Assembly: GCA_963836235.1 (NCBI GenBank)
Contig: CAWIIP010000002.1
Coordinates: 64,001 to 128,000, forward strand
Length of the DNA: 64,000 bases
Reading direction: 5' to 3'
Source: an uncultured Pseudomonadota bacterium
GTDB lineage: Bacteria > Oederibacteriota > Muellerivitia > Muellerivitales > Muellerivitaceae
Part shown: piece after piece, positions 60,069 to 64,000 of the stretch
Numbering within the stretch: the first letter of the stretch is position 1
How the letters are laid out: each line of letters opens with the position of its first letter
Translations under genes and position numbers: made by a program
The notes under the pieces: generated by a model
The model's input: the letters and a program-made list of their open reading frames with translations, nothing else
Told to the model about the DNA's origin: nothing
The model's database searches: none

Positions 60069-63000
60069 TTAATGCAATATCACCATTTTTCCTCGTTGAG
60101 TAAGGTTGGAAATCCCATCACTAGCTTCAATTTCGTAAATATAAAGGCCGCTCGCCAATTGGTTTCCCGATTGATTTTTCAAATCCCAGGACAAGCTATT
60201 CCAGCCGCCATTCCCTTCGAACGAAGTTTCATAAACATTTTCTCCAGTTACAGTAAAGACCGTAACATTCACTTTCACGGATTGATTTAGATTCACCAAA
60301 AATTTAATAGGCTCGCCATTTCTAGAAATATTAGGTGCAGCGATGGCAAAGGATGAAGCGTTAGGCGTGGGCGAAGGGGTGATCGTCGGAGAAGGCGTAA
60401 AAGCGGGAGTCGGTGTCTGGTTGCCGATGAGTTTGGCCAAGGATTTAAAATTCCCTGTAATAGTGTTGGGTTCGATGACGCAGCTTTGCAGAACCGTCAC
60501 CCCTCCGCCCCCCAGCGACATGTAATCCTTCCCTTTCGAATCCACCCCCACTTCCCACACGTTACCCAGTCCCGTGCAGGTCTGGGCCAACACCCAGCTT
60601 GAGGTGAACCTCTCCAGAGTAGTCGGGTTGGTCACATAGAAATTACCCGCCCCGTCCGCCACCAGCCCCGAGACGCTCGGAATTCCCGTCACGAGGACCG
60701 TCGGTGATGACGAACTCCCTCCCGCCGTGTTGAACGACACGATCTCCCCGTTCCCGTTGTTCGCCACATACAGCACCCCGCCCACCACCACGATCCCCGT
60801 CGGCAGGCTTCCCGCGTTGTCCGTATAGGTCGCCACCAAAGAAAAAGTACCGCCGCTGACACTGTTGTATTGGTAAATATTTTGGTTGGTCGCGATAAAA
60901 AGCGACGTCGTGGCCCCTTGGGTGGTCACCGCCAGGCCCCTCACAGGTCCCAAAGCCCCCCCGCCGATCACCTGGATCAGTCCGTAACTCGGGCTGAATT
61001 CCTCTACCTCGCCGTTTGTCGAGTCCCCCACGTAAATATTTCCCGATCCATCCACCGCCACCGCCTCTGCGTCCACCATCGAGCCGGTTGGGCCCGTTGC
61101 GAGGGACTCCACCGGCGCCCCACCGGTGAGGGGGAAAACCTCCAGCAGCTTGTTTTGGTTCAAGCCATCCGTTACATACACCATATCTCCCGCCACCGCC
61201 AGCCCCTCGGTCTGCATGACCAGCCCCGTGAAGCTCTCGTTCACCCCCTGGCAGCAATTCGGGGTCGGCGTGGGGCTGGGTTCGATGACGCAGCTTTGCA
61301 GAACCGTCACCCCTCCGCCCCCCAGCGACATGTAATCCTTCCCTTTCGAATCCACCCCCACTTCCCACACGTTACCCAGTCCCGTGCAGGTCTGGGCCAA
61401 CACCCAGCTTGAGGTGAACCTCTCCAGAGTAGTCGGGTTGGTCACATAGAAATTACCCGCCCCGTCCGCCACCAGCCCCGAGACGCTCGGAATTCCCGTC
61501 ACGAGGACCGTCGGTGATGACGAACTCCCTCCCGCCGTGTTGAACGACACGATCTCCCCGTTCCCGTTGTTCGCCACATACAGCACCCCGCCCACCACCA
61601 CGATCCCCGTCGGCAGGCTTCCCGCGTTGTCCGTATAGGTCGCCACCAAAGAAAAAGTACCGCCGCTGACACTGTTGTATTGGTAAATATTTTGGTTGGT
61701 CGCGATAAAAAGCGACGTCGTGGCCCCTTGGGTGGTCACCGCCAGGCCCCTCACAGGTCCCAAAGCCCCCCCGCCGATCACCTGGATCAGTCCGTAACTC
61801 GGGCTGAATTCCTCTACCTCGCCGTTTGTCGAGTCCCCCACGTAAATATTTCCCGATCCATCCACCGCCACCGCCTCTGCGTCCACCATCGAGCCGGTTG
61901 GGCCCGTTGCGAGGGACTCCACCGGCGCCCCACCGGTGAGGGGGAAAACCTCCAGCAGCTTGTTTTGGTTCAAGCCATCCGTTACATACACCATATCTCC
62001 CGCCACCGCCAGCCCCTCGGTCTGCATGACCAGCCCCGTGAAGCTCTCGTTCACCCCCTGGCAGCAATTCGGGGTCGGCGTGGGGCTGGGTTCGATGACG
62101 CAGCTTTGCAGAACCGTCACCCCTCCGCCCCCCAGCGACATGTAATCCTTCCCTTTCGAATCCACCCCCACTTCCCACACGTTACCCAGTCCCGTGCAGG
62201 TCTGGGCCAACACCCAGCTTGAGGTGAACCTCTCCAGAGTAGTCGGGTTGGTCACATAGAAATTACCCGCCCCGTCCGCCACCAGCCCCGAGACGCTCGG
62301 AATTCCCGTCACGAGGACCGTCGGTGATGACGAACTCCCTCCCGCCGTGTTGAACGACACGATCTCCCCGTTCCCGTTGTTCGCCACATACAGCACCCCG
62401 CCCACCACCACGATCCCCGTCGGCAGGCTTCCCGCGTTGTCCGTATAGGTCGCCACCAAAGAAAAAGTACCGCCGCTGACACTGTTGTATTGGTAAATAT
62501 TTTGGTTGGTCGCGATAAAAAGCGACGTCGTGGCCCCTTGGGTGGTCACCGCCAGGCCCCTCACAGGTCCCAAAGCCCCCCCGCCGATCACCTGGATCAG
62601 TCCGTAACTCGGGCTGAATTCCTCTACCTCGCCGTTTGTCGAGTCCCCCACGTAAATATTTCCCGATCCATCCACCGCCACCGCCTCTGCGTCCACCATC
62701 GAGCCGGTTGGGCCCGTTGCGAGGGACTCCACCGGCGCCCCACCGGTGAGGGGGAAAACCTCCAGCAGCTTGTTTTGGTTCAAGCCATCCGTTACATACA
62801 CCATATCTCCCGCCACCGCCAGCCCCTCGGTCTGCATGACCAGCCCCGTGAAGCTCTCGTTCACCCCCTGGCAGCAATTCGGGGTCGGGGTCCATGTTGG
62901 AGTGGGAGTGATGGTAGGACTTGGGGTAGGGGTCAGTGTATTGGGGAGTGTGGGAACCGGTGTCACGCATGGAAATGTGGGAGTAGGACCCGGAGTCTGG

Positions 63001-64000
63001 CAACCACGGATGACCGTTACCCCCGAAAAGCTTGGTTGACTTGGTCCAGCACTGTTCAAAGTCACGAATATTTCGTCGCTCGAGTTGACCGCCACCCCAT
63101 TGGGGCCACCGGGGAGAGGGATGTATAGCTCAGGAAGGTTGAAGGCTTGTCCAAAAACGTACAAACCGTTGACGCCGGTGGTGTAAAAGTTCCCCCAGGC
63201 ATCGGTTCGAATTCTTTCCACTGAAACCATTGGAATCGGGGTTCCTGCGGTGTAGGGAGCCGTTGCGTCATAAGGGATGATTTCGGTGCCATAAGCGACA
63301 TAGATGGAGCAACCTGATTTCTGTACACCCGTGGGAACGTGGTTGCCGGTCGTATGGGCGAATTTGACGGGAGTTGTAGAAAAATCCCCAGTACTGGCCG
63401 TCCCGGTAAAAAGGTAAATATATCCTCCGGTGGCCGTTTGAACTGAAACATAAACGGAAGTCATAGACCCGTTGGTTTCGACCCAAAGGCCCCTGGGTTC
63501 GGTCCCTGTCGTTGAAAAGACCGCAAGGGGCTTAAGGGACGAGGATGCCAAGGGTGAAGTGGATGGATAATAAGGTCCGAATTCGTATACGGCTTCCCTT
63601 AGATAATCAGCCACGTAGACGTCCCCGAAAGAGTCCAAAGCTATGTCCGTGGGGCTCGCAAAAAGGGTCCCGTTGTACCCGGTCACAGTGGCCAAGGCCG
63701 TGCCTCCTGTTTGGGCGAAAACTTTTAATTCTTTGTTTCCCCCGTCCGCCACGTAAAGATAGTTGCTGTCCGCCGCGTCCCCATTCGGGGCGTCCAAGCC
63801 CTGGAAGGAAAGGGGCAGGCCGGTGTAACAGGAAGGCGTGGAAACCACGGTAGGAATTGCGGTTGGGGTGGGCAGGGGCGTGCTGGAAAGGGGCAAGGGG
63901 GCCTGGTAGACCAGGGCATAGGACCGGTTTTGGTTCGTGGTGTAAAAGTTGTTCTCATTGTCAAAAACGCCCGAAAGCTCGGTGGCGCTAACGTAATCGC
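60069..64000 (-). CDS. Third giant NHL-propeller/CTD paralogue, 5' end beyond the window
   Basis: Frame stays open above 63896 (..FDNENNFYTTNQNRSYALVYQAP aligns with [23 protein letters not shown] of the paralogues); CTD APN..ASGLY..GKMVILH. Confidence 0.88.
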   Translation of the reverse strand, partial: DYVSATELSGVFDNENNFYTTNQNRSYALVYQAPLPLSSTPLPTPTAIPTVVSTPSCYTGLPLSFQGLDAPNGDAADSNYLYVADGGNKELKVFAQTGGTALATVTGYNGTLFASPTDIALDSFGDVYVADYLREAVYEFGPYYPSTSPLASSSLKPLAVFSTTGTEPRGLWVETNGSMTSVYVSVQTATGGYIYLFTGTASTGDFSTTPVKFAHTTGNHVPTGVQKSGCSIYVAYGTEIIPYDATAPYTAGTPIPMVSVERIRTDAWGNFYTTGVNGLYVFGQAFNLPELYIPLPGGPNGVAVNSSDEIFVTLNSAGPSQPSFSGVTVIRGCQTPGPTPTFPCVTPVPTLPNTLTPTPSPTITPTPTWTPTPNCCQGVNESFTGLVMQTEGLAVAGDMVYVTDGLNQNKLLEVFPLTGGAPVESLATGPTGSMVDAEAVAVDGSGNIYVGDSTNGEVEEFSPSYGLIQVIGGGALGPVRGLAVTTQGATTSLFIATNQNIYQYNSVSGGTFSLVATYTDNAGSLPTGIVVVGGVLYVANNGNGEIVSFNTAGGSSSSPTVLVTGIPSVSGLVADGAGNFYVTNPTTLERFTSSWVLAQTCTGLGNVWEVGVDSKGKDYMSLGGGGVTVLQSCVIEPSPTPTPNCCQGVNESFTGLVMQTEGLAVAGDMVYVTDGLNQNKLLEVFPLTGGAPVESLATGPTGSMVDAEAVAVDGSGNIYVGDSTNGEVEEFSPSYGLIQVIGGGALGPVRGLAVTTQGATTSLFIATNQNIYQYNSVSGGTFSLVATYTDNAGSLPTGIVVVGGVLYVANNGNGEIVSFNTAGGSSSSPTVLVTGIPSVSGLVADGAGNFYVTNPTTLERFTSSWVLAQTCTGLGNVWEVGVDSKGKDYMSLGGGGVTVLQSCVIEPSPTPTPNCCQGVNESFTGLVMQTEGLAVAGDMVYVTDGLNQNKLLEVFPLTGGAPVESLATGPTGSMVDAEAVAVDGSGNIYVGDSTNGEVEEFSPSYGLIQVIGGGALGPVRGLAVTTQGATTSLFIATNQNIYQYNSVSGGTFSLVATYTDNAGSLPTGIVVVGGVLYVANNGNGEIVSFNTAGGSSSSPTVLVTGIPSVSGLVADGAGNFYVTNPTTLERFTSSWVLAQTCTGLGNVWEVGVDSKGKDYMSLGGGGVTVLQSCVIEPNTITGNFKSLAKLIGNQTPTPAFTPSPTITPSPTPNASSFAIAAPNISRNGEPIKFLVNLNQSVKVNVTVFTVTGENVYETSFEGNGGWNSLSWDLKNQSGNQLASGLYIYEIEASDGISNLTQRGKMVILH
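60467..62888 (-). repeat. Three apparently identical 810-bp tandem repeats (270 aa each)
   Basis: Lines repeat at +810; alternate-frame ORFs recur verbatim at 60643/61453 and 60870/61680. Confidence 0.96.

Noticed and set aside
60643-63128. Repeated 241-aa and 180-aa alternate-frame ORFs
   Set aside because: Shadow ORFs of the GC-rich 810-bp repeat inside the real gene

Overview
Bacterial chromosomal window, almost all on the minus strand, from a diderm organism (secretin, outer-membrane barrel). It mixes Firmicutes-like traits (L20 leader, YqzL-like peptide) with T9SS/FlgD-like C-terminal domains, so it may be a deep-branching or candidate-phylum lineage (inference only). The first ~31 kb is mostly housekeeping: mreBCD-mrdA-rodA; an AT-rich, split Tad/Flp pilus locus with a CpaE-CpaF fusion; thrS-infC-rpmI-rplT-trmH-yqzL-pheS without pheT; three tRNAs; ppa; DUF4301; a TPR protein plus ExeA ATPase; tag; and two PilZ paralogues. 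From 32 kb on is an accessory region of large exported proteins. It holds four Thr/Pro-linker proteins ending in a shared YPNP/APN..GxY..K C-terminal domain, a GH10 xylanase, and a 13-aa Lys-rich micropeptide. It also holds a translationally coupled FecR-domain / beta-barrel / 2257-aa repeat-lipoprotein operon. A degenerate tRNA 3' remnant may mark an island border, and three paralogous giant NHL-propeller proteins follow it, the last with three identical 810-bp repeats. All calls are by eye; no searches were run.
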